In this document: piece by piece, positions 1 to 9,750 of the stretch
Layout: the number at the start of each line of letters is the position of its first letter
Numbering within the stretch: the stretch's first letter is position 1
Source of the DNA: Candidatus Eiseniibacteriota bacterium
Lineage (GTDB): Bacteria; Eisenbacteria; RBG-16-71-46; CAVPCR01
Reading direction: 5' to 3'
DNA length: 64,000 nucleotides
Assembly: GCA_963702435.1 (NCBI GenBank)
Contig: CAVPCR010000001.1
Coordinates: 96,001 to 160,000, forward strand
Made by a program: the position numbers and the translations under genes
Notes under the pieces: model-generated
What the model saw: only the letters and a program-made list of their open reading frames with translations
What the model was told of the DNA's origin: nothing
Databases searched by the model: none

Positions 1-346
1 GGCGCTCGAGCGTCGTCTGCAGCCGACCGGGCGTGCGGAACGAGCGATCGAACGGATCGAGCGCCACCGTACACGACGGCTCCGAGTCGACGAGCACGTT
101 CCCCGAGCGGTCGCGGATCACGCCGCGGATCGCGGGGAGCACCTCCTCGCGCAGCACGTTGTCACGGGCCAGCTCGTGCAGCCGCTCGTGCTCGACGGCC
201 TGCAGGTAGAGGAGGCGGAGGAGCAGAACGATGAAGGTGACGGTCAGCACCTGGTGCGCGCCGCGGGCGCGTGCGGCCGAGGCGCGGGAGGGCTCGGCGG
301 GCGAACGCCGCCCACCCCCTCTAACCAAGCCGGAAAAGACGCTCAT
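1..346 (-). CDS. mrdA: Penicillin-binding protein 2, N-terminal part (runs off the window edge)
   Basis: Manual translation MSVFSG...VLTVTFIVLLLRLLYLQAVEHERLHELARDNVLREEVLPAIRGVIRDRSG shows the PBP2 TM anchor and P-RG-I-DR-G motif; follows mreD. Confidence 0.9.
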   Translation of the reverse strand, partial: MSVFSGLVRGGGRRSPAEPSRASAARARGAHQVLTVTFIVLLLRLLYLQAVEHERLHELARDNVLREEVLPAIRGVIRDRSGNVLVDSEPSCTVALDPFDRSFRTPGRLQTTLER

Positions 347-875
347 GGAACCGCGGTCCGTGGGCGCGGAGCCAGCCCCACGCCGAGACGAGGAGAGGAC
401 AGAGGAGTGCAGTGTAGAGCGCCGTGGGGAGCCCGATGCGGAAGAAGAGCGCGACGAACTCCCCGGGCCGCCCCCGCGACACGAGCGTGAAGACGACCAG
501 GTCGTGCAGGATACCGGCCGCAAGCAGGGTGACCGACTGCGCGCGCAGGTTGTCCTTGAACAGGCGCTGCCCCGCCCACAGCTTGCCGGTGAAGAAGCCG
601 ACCAGGCACTTGGCGAGCGCATGCACGCCGAGATCCTGCGGCGCCGAGAGATCCTCGAGGAGACCGATCAGGAACCCGAGCACCGCTCCCGGCGTCGACC
701 CCTGGTAGCGAGCGAAGTAGTACGTGAGGGCGAGGAGCAGGTTCGGCTCGATGCCGAAGGCGCGGAGGCGGAAGGTGGCCGACGTCTCGAGCGCGAGGGC
801 GGCCAGGACGAAGCCCGCGAGCACGAGCGAGGAGCGGCGCCAGAGGGCGCCGTCGAACGAGTGGCGGCCGCTCAC
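321..875 (-). CDS. mreD: Rod shape-determining protein MreD
   Basis: Hydrophobic 184 aa, PNLLL and GFLIGLLEDL motifs; between mreC and mrdA. Confidence 0.9.
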   Translation of the reverse strand: MSGRHSFDGALWRRSSLVLAGFVLAALALETSATFRLRAFGIEPNLLLALTYYFARYQGSTPGAVLGFLIGLLEDLSAPQDLGVHALAKCLVGFFTGKLWAGQRLFKDNLRAQSVTLLAAGILHDLVVFTLVSRGRPGEFVALFFRIGLPTALYTALLCPLLVSAWGWLRAHGPRFHERLFRLG

Positions 876-1879
876 CGCGCCCCCACCAGGCCGCCGGGAG
901 CCGGCGGCGCCGCGGGGCGGCCGGAAGCCGGTGGCGACATGGGCGAGAGCGGCATGGGCGAGAGCGGCATGGGCGAGAGCGGCGCCGGCGGGTCCGCGGC
1001 GCGCGCCGCGCCCGACAGCGCGGACGGCCCGGGCTGGACGGCGGCCGCGCTGGGAACCGGGGCCGCCGCCACCTCGCGCAGCGCGAAAACCTCCTCCAGG
1101 GCGCTGAAATCCACGGCCGGCTTGAGGCTGATGTCGAGGACCAGGCCGGTCTCGTCAGGCTTGACTGCGCTGACCGTGCCCACCGCGATCCCCTCGGGGA
1201 ACACGCCGCCGAGCCCCGAGGAGACCACGCGATCCCCGACCTTGACGTCGGCGAGGTACGAGACGTGGCGAAGCTTGAGCACGCCGAGCGCCCCCGGCGA
1301 CCACTCGGCGATGCCGGCGACGCGGCTCCGCTCGACCCGCGCCGCTACCGCGCAATCGGCGTGGTTCAGGAGAAAGGCATGCGCCCGTTCGGGCCGCACC
1401 TCGACCACCTTGCCGGCGAGCCCCTCCCGCCCGGCGAGCGGCATGCCGACGCGGATCCCCTGGTTGAAACCGCGGTTCAAGAGCACGGTCCGCCCGCCCA
1501 GGCGCCCGGCGCCCTCGGCCAGGATCTCGCAGCCGATGAGCTCGAGCGTCTCGCGGGCCTGGAAGCCGAGCATGGCCCGGAGTCGCGCGTTCTCGAGCCG
1601 GAGCTCGGCGGTGCGCACGAGCTCGAGCTCCGCCCTGGCGAGATCGAGCTTCAGCTCCTGGTTGGAGGCGAACACCGAGCGGACGTGCCGGTAGCTGCGG
1701 TCGACGGCACGGAACGGGCTCAGGAAGAAGTCCTCGACGTGGCGCGCGATCTGCGCCTGGGCCGAGTCGGTGAAGCTCATGAGCGCGATCGAGAGCGCGC
1801 ACAGTCCGACCACCACCGCGAGTTCCCCGCGGCGGTCGAGGAAGCCGGCCCGGCTCCTGGATTCGCTGGCTTTCTCCAT
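872..1879 (-). CDS. mreC: Rod shape-determining protein MreC
   Basis: TM helix, coiled coil ENARLRAML, GDRVVSSGLGGVFPEGIAVG motif; Pro-rich tail. Confidence 0.95.
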   Translation of the reverse strand: MEKASESRSRAGFLDRRGELAVVVGLCALSIALMSFTDSAQAQIARHVEDFFLSPFRAVDRSYRHVRSVFASNQELKLDLARAELELVRTAELRLENARLRAMLGFQARETLELIGCEILAEGAGRLGGRTVLLNRGFNQGIRVGMPLAGREGLAGKVVEVRPERAHAFLLNHADCAVAARVERSRVAGIAEWSPGALGVLKLRHVSYLADVKVGDRVVSSGLGGVFPEGIAVGTVSAVKPDETGLVLDISLKPAVDFSALEEVFALREVAAAPVPSAAAVQPGPSALSGAARAADPPAPLSPMPLSPMPLSPMSPPASGRPAAPPAPGGLVGAR

Positions 1880-1924
1880 GGGCTAGGCGCGGGGCGCCGG
1901 GTCCGTCCGGCACCCGAATCGGCT

Positions 1925-3027
<1,103 letters not shown>

Positions 3028-3425
3028 TCACCCGTCCCTGAGTGGCGGCGGGGGCGGCCAGGCCCGGCCAGAGGAGCGCCGGCCACCCGACGAGGGCAGA
3101 GCATCGGGGCACTCACCCCGGCCCCACGTGAACCGGGCCAAGCAACCGCCGTTCCAGCCAGAGGCACCACACGGATCCGCATCCCGGCGCCGTGAACGGG
3201 CGCCCGCTGGTCTCGGCAAGTTGAAGGCAGAAGACGGGTTGCACGCTAGCAGAGGGGCGGGGCGTTTGCAAGCAGCTTCCCCCCGGGTGGCGAATTCGAA
3301 GTAGAGCCGGGCGAGCCCGGAGCGCGCGGGCGGATCGTTTCCGATCACCCCGGCCAGACTCTCCCCGCTCCCATGGCCGCCCCGACCCCGGAGGACCACC
3401 TGGCCGACAGCGCCGCGCACCTCGT

Positions 3426-3455
3426 TTGACTTGGGCGAATCCCCGGTGCTAGCTT
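3426..3455 (+). promoter_or_regulatory. Putative sigma70 promoter
   Basis: TTGACT-18 bp-TAGCTT with extended -10 TG, upstream of AGGAGG RBS and ATG 3495. Confidence 0.5.
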
Positions 3456-3494
3456 GAATTTGGGCCCCGAGCCATCATGCAGGAGGTGTTCGTC

Positions 3495-4073
3495 ATGCGA
3501 CGCCTGAGTTCATCCGGGCACGCGCCCGCGAGCCCCCGGCGCGTCCCGGCAGCCGGTGTTCACGCCCTCATCTGCGCTCTGGTCCTTGCCGCGCTCCTCC
3601 CCGCTCCCGCCGCCGCCGGCCCGCCGTCGAGCGGCGACCCCGGCACTCCCGACGATGTCCTCGAGAAGCAGCGCGATGTGGCGCCCAGCCTCAACCCGGT
3701 CATGAAGGGGGAGACGCGGGTCGCCGGCACCGTGCTCGATCGCCGGGAGCACCCGCTCTCCGGGATCGAGGTCAAGCTGTTCGTGGACGGAGTCCTCCGC
3801 CGCGAGGTCGTGACGGACGCGGTCGGCCAGTACGACTTCAAGCAACTCATCAACTACACGGGCAAGGAGACGGTGGCGATCTGGTTCGTCGATCCGATGC
3901 GGAAGATCGTGCCGAAGGCGCTGATCCTGGCCGAGAGCCCGGCCAGCAAGCAGGCCAGGCTCCTCTCGCCCTGCTTCGCGCGCGTCCAGTTCGAGGAGGT
4001 CGTCGAGAGCCGCGTGCACCTCTTCGACCGGGAGACCCGCTCGCAGCAGATCTTCGCGAGCGAGTGCCTGTAG
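3495..4073 (+). CDS. Secreted protein with carboxypeptidase-regulatory-like beta-sandwich domain
   Basis: AGGAGG RBS, signal peptide, VAGTVLD...PLSGIEVKL...VTDAVGQYDF pattern. Confidence 0.6.
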   Translation: MRRLSSSGHAPASPRRVPAAGVHALICALVLAALLPAPAAAGPPSSGDPGTPDDVLEKQRDVAPSLNPVMKGETRVAGTVLDRREHPLSGIEVKLFVDGVLRREVVTDAVGQYDFKQLINYTGKETVAIWFVDPMRKIVPKALILAESPASKQARLLSPCFARVQFEEVVESRVHLFDRETRSQQIFASECL

Positions 4074-4121
4074 GCGGCGGCGCGCCTCAGGCGGCCGGGC
4101 GCCTCAGGCGGCGGCGGCGCC

Positions 4122-5348
4122 TCAGGCGGCGGCGCGGTCCGGGCGGCGTTGCCGGCCGTCGCGACGCGCGGCGAGATGCCGCTGCCAGCGCGGCGGCAGG
4201 AGACGCGGATCGCTGTCGCGGTAGAGGGTCGCCGCGCTCTCGAGGTCGCCGAGCTCCATCAGGAGCAGCTCCGCGGCCAGGAGCCGCGCGAGTTCGGCGC
4301 GCGGCTCGCCCGGATCGGCCGCGGCGTAGTCGATGAGGGCCTGCGCTGCGGCTTCGAACTCGCCTTCGGCGCGGAGAGCGCGCGCGATCGCGATCTGATC
4401 GTCCGCCGCGAGGACCGCGGCGGGCAGGAGGCGTTCGAGCTCCAGGTAGAGGGCCACGGCCGCCTTGCGATCGCGCCGGAGCTCGCCTCCCACTGCGCGC
4501 TGATACATGGCGATCGCCCGCCCGCGCCTCCCGGCCGCGACGAGGCCCCGCGCGTAGGCTCCCAGCACCTGCGCATCGGGATGGCGGGTGAGCCGCAGCG
4601 CGGACTCGTACTCCCCGCAGGCCGCGAACCAGCCGCCCGCCTCCGCGTAGCGGGCCGCGCGCGCCACCTGGCGCTCGTAGCGCCCGGCCGCGAGCGCGCC
4701 GCCGGCGACCGCGAGCGCCGCTCCGGCGACGAACCCGCCGAGGTGCGACCAGTAGGCCGTGTAGCCCTCGGGCACGAAGAGACCGTACCCGAGTTGGAGC
4801 GCCACCCACGCGAAGACGGCCACCGGCACCGGGATGAAGCGCACGCCGACCTTGTGTACGCCGTGCAGGAGAAGCAGGGTCGCCGACGCCACGCGCACGC
4901 GCGCGTGCGGCAAGCGGATGAGGAGCGCGCCCAGGATGCCGGCCACCGCGCCGGAAGCGCCGACGACCGGGTGGCCCGCGAAGTCCGGCGCGAAGAGATT
5001 GACGCACGCCGCCTGCGCCACCATGGCGAGAACACCCGAGACGAGATACAGAGCGAGGAAGCGGACGCGGCCGAGTCGGTCCTCGACCGCCGGCCCGAGC
5101 AGGAGGAGGTAGAGCATGTTGCCGGCCAGATGGAGCGGCCCCGCGTGCAGGAAGCAGGCGGTGAGGGCGTCGAGAAGGGCCGGCGCGGCGGGCTTCCAGG
5201 CCAGCGCATAGACGAGCCCGGGCGCGCGCAGGACGAAGTCGACGACCAGGAGGACGGCGATGTTGGCGAGGACGAGGAACGGCACGACCACGCTCCGCCG
5301 GGCGAGAGTCACGTCGGTGCCGATGGGCAGGAAGAAGAAGTAGTTCAT
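4122..5348 (-). CDS. Rhomboid intramembrane serine protease with C-terminal TPR-like region
   Basis: HLAGNMLYL, GASG catalytic Ser, SHLGGFVAG catalytic His; helical repeat C-terminus. Confidence 0.9.
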   Translation of the reverse strand: MNYFFFLPIGTDVTLARRSVVVPFLVLANIAVLLVVDFVLRAPGLVYALAWKPAAPALLDALTACFLHAGPLHLAGNMLYLLLLGPAVEDRLGRVRFLALYLVSGVLAMVAQAACVNLFAPDFAGHPVVGASGAVAGILGALLIRLPHARVRVASATLLLLHGVHKVGVRFIPVPVAVFAWVALQLGYGLFVPEGYTAYWSHLGGFVAGAALAVAGGALAAGRYERQVARAARYAEAGGWFAACGEYESALRLTRHPDAQVLGAYARGLVAAGRRGRAIAMYQRAVGGELRRDRKAAVALYLELERLLPAAVLAADDQIAIARALRAEGEFEAAAQALIDYAAADPGEPRAELARLLAAELLLMELGDLESAATLYRDSDPRLLPPRWQRHLAARRDGRQRRPDRAAA

Positions 5349-5445
5349 CCCCTCCCGTTATCGGCCACCGCCGGCCCGACCGCGAGCGGTACCGCGCCGC
5401 GCCGCGCCACCGCCGGCCCGACCGCGAGCGTCGTCCCGGCGCGGG

Positions 5446-6309
5446 CTAGCCCGGCCGGCGGACGCCGATCAGGATGGCGCGGAGCTCGGGGCGCGCGTCG
5501 GGTCCCGGGCCCGAGAGGACGGCCTCCTCGACCCGACCATAGGCATGCACGAAGCGCGGCGGTGCGGTGAACAGGGCGACGTGATTCACCGTTCCGTCCC
5601 GCCCGAAGAAGAGGAGATCGCCGGGACGCGCGCTCTCGCCGCGCCCGAGCGGCCGGGCGACCCGGATCTGGTCCCTGGCGTCCCGCGGCAATCCGAGTCC
5701 GCACTGCGCGTACGTCCACTGCACGAGCCCCGAGCAATCGAAGCCCAGGGTCGACGTGCCTCCCCACAGGTAGCCGGCACCCACCTGCGCGCGCGCGAGC
5801 GACACCGCCCGCCTGGCGCGCTCGGCGGTGCCGCTCGCGCCCGGCGCCGTTCGCCAGGTCGGGCCGAGCTCGCGGGCCGCCACGAATCCGATGCCGCCGC
5901 CGGGCAGGAGGATCGCCATGAAGGCGGGATGCGCCGGCTCCGCGGCGAGCGGGACGAAGCGCGCCCCCCAAGGCACGCGCGCGAGGACCGCGGAGCGGGC
6001 CTCCGGTACTGCGTGCACGCGGACCGTGTGGCGCCAGGCGACGGCGCGCGCCGCACCCGCCCAGGCTCTGGCGGTGCGCTCGGTCGCGAGCACGAGCGAC
6101 CAGCTGCGCACCCAGCCGGCGTAGCCGTCGTATCCGGCGGCGAGGTACCAGGAGCCGCGGCGCGCGAGGATCGCGAGCACTTCGCCGTGGAGGCGCTGGC
6201 TCCTGAGCTCGGCGCGATGATCGGGCCGCGCGTACAGGTTCGCCAGCGGGGTCGCGACGACGGCACAGCTCGCGCCTCGAGCCCTGCGGCCGCCACGTGC
6301 TCTCGCCAT
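5446..6309 (-). CDS. NlpC/P60 (C40) peptidoglycan peptidase with SH3-like N-terminal domains
   Basis: YLWGG...GFDCSGLVQ, LPRDARDQ, PGDLLFF, HVAL, FVHA; DGYAGWV SH3 motif; start chosen at ATG 6309. Confidence 0.9.
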   Translation of the reverse strand: MARARGGRRARGASCAVVATPLANLYARPDHRAELRSQRLHGEVLAILARRGSWYLAAGYDGYAGWVRSWSLVLATERTARAWAGAARAVAWRHTVRVHAVPEARSAVLARVPWGARFVPLAAEPAHPAFMAILLPGGGIGFVAARELGPTWRTAPGASGTAERARRAVSLARAQVGAGYLWGGTSTLGFDCSGLVQWTYAQCGLGLPRDARDQIRVARPLGRGESARPGDLLFFGRDGTVNHVALFTAPPRFVHAYGRVEEAVLSGPGPDARPELRAILIGVRRPG

Positions 6310-6317
6310 CCGCCGCC

Positions 6318-7634
6318 TCAGAACGGACTCGAGGGCTGGACGAGCACGTACTCCCCGAAGCCCCCGGTGTCGGCGAAGACGAACGTGAGATTCCGATCGG
6401 TGTAGCGCCAGATCTCGTAGGCGGGCGTGTTGAAACCGGAGGGCACCTGCTCGACGTCGTTCGGCTCGCCGTAACGGATGTAGACCTTGCCGCGATCGGT
6501 GTCCCAACCCGGCCGGCCGCGCTCGACATAGCGATCGGCCGCCACCCGCACACGGGCGATGAACTCCTCGAGGCGCTCGTTCTCGGGCGTCGACGGGTCG
6601 GGATCGCGCTCCTTCCAGAACTCCTCCCAGCGCGCCCGGCGCTCCCCCGCCGGCACGCCGCGGAGCACCTCGGCCTCGTCGCCGAGGTAGTAGCCCGCCA
6701 GCTGCACGTAGTCATCGTAGTTGCGATCGATGTCGATGCGGCTCGCGTCGATCTCGAACTCGCGCGCGGCCCGCCCCTCTTCACCGCGATACACGGCGAC
6801 GATCTCGGCGCGGTAGGTGCCGGGGCCGAGCGAGTCGACCGGGACCGCCGCCAGGAATTCGCTCCGTTCGCCGGCCATCGCCAGCGTGTACGCCCGCATC
6901 GTCTCGACCCGGTCGGCCGGCCCCAGGATGCGAAGAGTGACCGGCACCGACTCGCCGGCGACGGCACCGCGCGCGAAGACCTCGCCGCGCAGGCAGACGT
7001 GGGGCAGCGGGTCGCCGAACCGGCGGGTGAGGCTCGTCGTGAACGCGGTCGCCCGCGCATCGGCGAGCCCACCCAGCGAGTCGGCGCACGTGCCGATCTC
7101 GATCGCCGAGATCTGCACGCCCTCGGCCGAGAGCGGGGCCACGTAGATGGAGCGGGTGGCGGTCGAACCGCTCACCTGGCCGATCGTCGACAGCGAGACC
7201 TCGAGCTCGTACTGACCGGGAGGCAGGGTGAAGTCCGCGTACGTGTTGAAGGTCTTCTTGCTCGACTGGGTGTCCTTGTAGCGCTCCGCGGTCGTCGAGT
7301 GGCGCCAGACGTCGCCCGCGACCTGGCGACCCCCGCTGTCGAAGAAGATGGCGGCGATCTCGAACGAGGCCTCGTAGCCGCCGCCGGCGCGCTTGGCGAA
7401 GGGAAGCTGGCTCAAGGGCGCCGAGATCGTGATGCGCACCCCGGTCGTCGCTCCGTCGCCGATGAGCGACGTCGTGTCCACATAGAAGATCGGCGGCGAC
7501 ACCGAGCGGCTGGGCAGATCGGTGAGATCGTCCGGGGGCGCGGGCGGCGCGCTCCCCCCGCACCCGGCGAGGACGGCCAGGGCGGCGAGGCCCGCGATGC
7601 GAGCGAAGGCTCTCAGGCGATGAAGGGATGACAT
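6318..7634 (-). CDS. GWxTD-domain lipoprotein
   Basis: Lipobox LAGC; FWKERDPDPSTPENE and GWDTDRGKVYIRYGEP motifs. Confidence 0.9.
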   Translation of the reverse strand: MSSLHRLRAFARIAGLAALAVLAGCGGSAPPAPPDDLTDLPSRSVSPPIFYVDTTSLIGDGATTGVRITISAPLSQLPFAKRAGGGYEASFEIAAIFFDSGGRQVAGDVWRHSTTAERYKDTQSSKKTFNTYADFTLPPGQYELEVSLSTIGQVSGSTATRSIYVAPLSAEGVQISAIEIGTCADSLGGLADARATAFTTSLTRRFGDPLPHVCLRGEVFARGAVAGESVPVTLRILGPADRVETMRAYTLAMAGERSEFLAAVPVDSLGPGTYRAEIVAVYRGEEGRAAREFEIDASRIDIDRNYDDYVQLAGYYLGDEAEVLRGVPAGERRARWEEFWKERDPDPSTPENERLEEFIARVRVAADRYVERGRPGWDTDRGKVYIRYGEPNDVEQVPSGFNTPAYEIWRYTDRNLTFVFADTGGFGEYVLVQPSSPF

Positions 7635-7674
7635 CGGGTGGTTCTCGGGCGCGGGAACGCGCGCGCGGTGCGGC

Positions 7675-7704
7675 AGACTAGGCAGGCGGCGCGGAGCGTG
7701 TCAA
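7675..7704 (-). promoter_or_regulatory. Putative sigma70 promoter of the GWxTD operon
   Basis: TTGACA-18 bp-TAGTCT on minus strand. Confidence 0.5.
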
Positions 7705-7781
7705 GCGGACCGCCCCGCCCCGGGACCGCCCCCGGCGCTCGCGCGATCTCGCGCCCCGGCGCCCGCAGGCGGGCCCGCGCG

Positions 7782-8387
7782 TCACCGCGCGGCGGCGAGC
7801 GCACGCTTGACGAGCTCGTCGAGAGCGAGCGGAGCGTCGGTCGCCGCCAGCACGCGCCGGGCGGCCTCGACCGCCGCCGCGTTCGAGTAGCCGAGCGAGA
7901 CCATGGCGGCCACCGCGTCCCGGTAGATCTCGGGCGGGCAGCCGAGGGCCCGTGCCGCCGCGGCGGCCACCGGCTCGAGGCCGGTCTGCGGCAGGCGGTC
8001 GCGGAGCTCGACGACCAGGCGCTCCGCCGTCTTCTTGCCGATCCCCGGAATCGCCCGCAGGACATCCACCTCGCCGCCCGTGATCGCGTTGCGCAGGCGT
8101 TCGAGCTCGATGCCGGAGAGGATCGCGAGCCCGGTCTTCGGTCCGATCCCCGACACGGTGATCAGCGCGCGGAAGAGGTCGCGCTCCTCGGGCGTGGCGA
8201 AGGCGAAGAGCTGGGCCGCATCCTCGCGCAGGGCGAGATGGGTGAGCAGCGTGACCTCGGCCCCGGCGGCGGGCAGCCGCTCGAAGGTGGAGACCGGGAT
8301 CGCCACATCGTAGCCGACGCCCGCGACTTCGATGAGGGCGTGCGTCGGCAGCTTCTCGACGAGGACGCCGCGGAGACGTGCGATCAC
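7782..8387 (-). CDS. ruvA: Holliday junction DNA-binding protein RuvA
   Basis: MIARLRG, GVGYDV, VSGIGPKTGLAILS, IPGIGKKTAERLVVELRD. Confidence 0.97.
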   Translation of the reverse strand: MIARLRGVLVEKLPTHALIEVAGVGYDVAIPVSTFERLPAAGAEVTLLTHLALREDAAQLFAFATPEERDLFRALITVSGIGPKTGLAILSGIELERLRNAITGGEVDVLRAIPGIGKKTAERLVVELRDRLPQTGLEPVAAAAARALGCPPEIYRDAVAAMVSLGYSNAAAVEAARRVLAATDAPLALDELVKRALAAAR

Positions 8388-8929
8388 GGCTCGCGCCTCC
8401 GCGGGGCGGCCCCGCCGGCGCGGGAGTCGCCGCCGCCCGCCGCGCGCGCGAAGAGGGCGTCGCTCTCCATCCGGTACACGTGACAGAGGGCGACGGCGAT
8501 CGCATCCGCGGCGTCGAGCGCCAGGCGCTCCGGCGTCGCGAGCACCCGCTGAACCATCGCCCGCACCTGCCCCTTCGCCGCGCCCCCGCTGCCGGTCACC
8601 GCCATCTTGATCTCGCGCGGCGCGTACTCGGATACCCGCGCGCCGCCGCTCGCCGCGGCGAGGAGCGCGATGCCGCGGGCATGCCCGAGCACGATGGCGG
8701 AACGCGCGCTCTTGGCGTGGAAGACGCTCTCGACCGCGACCTCGGCCGGAGCGTGGCGGGCGACGAGCTCGCGCAGGGCCCGATCGATGGCGAGGAGCCG
8801 CTCGGCGAGCGGCGCGCGGGCCGGCGGCCGGATCACGCCGGCGGCAACGAGCCGCGGGCGCTCGGCGCTTCCGGCGAGGAATCCGTAGCCCGTCGCGCAG
8901 GCCCCGGGGTCGATGCCGAGGATCACCAC
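8384..8929 (-). CDS. ruvC: Holliday junction resolvase RuvC
   Basis: ILGIDPG, AVESVF, EYAPREIKMAVTGSGGAAKGQV, DAADAIAVALCH; true start is the GTG near 8929. Confidence 0.96.
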   Translation of the reverse strand: MVILGIDPGACATGYGFLAGSAERPRLVAAGVIRPPARAPLAERLLAIDRALRELVARHAPAEVAVESVFHAKSARSAIVLGHARGIALLAAASGGARVSEYAPREIKMAVTGSGGAAKGQVRAMVQRVLATPERLALDAADAIAVALCHVYRMESDALFARAAGGGDSRAGGAAPRRREP

Positions 8930-8949
8930 GGGGTGGAGTCGCTCCGCGC

Positions 8950-9708
8950 TCAGGCCGCCGAGGTCAGGCTGGCCATCACGTCGTCGGAGATATCGAAGTT
9001 CGCCCAGACGTTCTGAACGTCGTCGTGCTCCTCGAGGGCGTCGAGGAGCTTGAGCAGCTTCGAGGCCGCGTCGCGCTCGAGATGGACCGAGGTCGTCGGC
9101 AACCGCACGCGACGCACGTCGTGGTGCGGGATCGACTTCTGCTCGAGCTGGCGCGCCACCTGGTGCAGCGCCTGCGGCTCGGTGAGGATCTCGTAGTACT
9201 CCTCGGCGTCGGTCGAGACGTCGGTGGCGCCGGCCTCGGCCGCGATCTCGATGATCGACTCCTCGTCGCACACCTTGCGATCGACCTGGATCGAGCCGCA
9301 ATCGGTGAACAGGAAGCCCACGCAGCCCGTCTCGCCCATGTTGCCGCCGGCGCGGGAGAGGATGTGGCGGATGTCCGACGTCGTGCGGTTCTTGTTGTCG
9401 GTGAGGACGTCGATCATGAGGGCGACCCCGCCCGGGGCGTAGCCCTCGTAGGTGAAGTCCTCGTACCGCTCGCCCTCGAGCTCGCCGATGCCCTTCTTGA
9501 TCGCGCGCTCGATGTTGGCCGCCGGCATCGCGTTGGCCTTGCCGGTCTGGATCGCCGCGCGCAGCCGCGCGTTGCCGTCGGGATCGCCGCCGCCGTCGCG
9601 GGCGGCGATCGTGATCTCACGGATCAGCTTCCCGAAGAGCCGCCCCCGCTCCTGGTCGGCCTTGCCCTTCTTGCGCTTGATCTGGCTCCACTTCGAATGG
9701 CCTGACAT
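8950..9708 (-). CDS. yebC: YebC/PmpR family protein
   Basis: MSGHSKWSQIKRKK, YEGYAPGGVA, LTDNKNRT, DDVQNVWANFD. Confidence 0.97.
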   Translation of the reverse strand: MSGHSKWSQIKRKKGKADQERGRLFGKLIREITIAARDGGGDPDGNARLRAAIQTGKANAMPAANIERAIKKGIGELEGERYEDFTYEGYAPGGVALMIDVLTDNKNRTTSDIRHILSRAGGNMGETGCVGFLFTDCGSIQVDRKVCDEESIIEIAAEAGATDVSTDAEEYYEILTEPQALHQVARQLEQKSIPHHDVRRVRLPTTSVHLERDAASKLLKLLDALEEHDDVQNVWANFDISDDVMASLTSAA

Positions 9709-9750
9709 AGCCGCTCCTTCGAGCCCGGACGCCGGCCGGCGCGAGCCAGC

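Noticed and set aside
4071..4135. Short tandem AGGCGGC..CGCCTC repeats; similar short duplications at 5363-5430, 36653-36727 and 39185-39235
   Set aside because: Only 2-4 GC-rich copies at gene ends; most likely slippage or terminator-like sequence, with no unique spacers.
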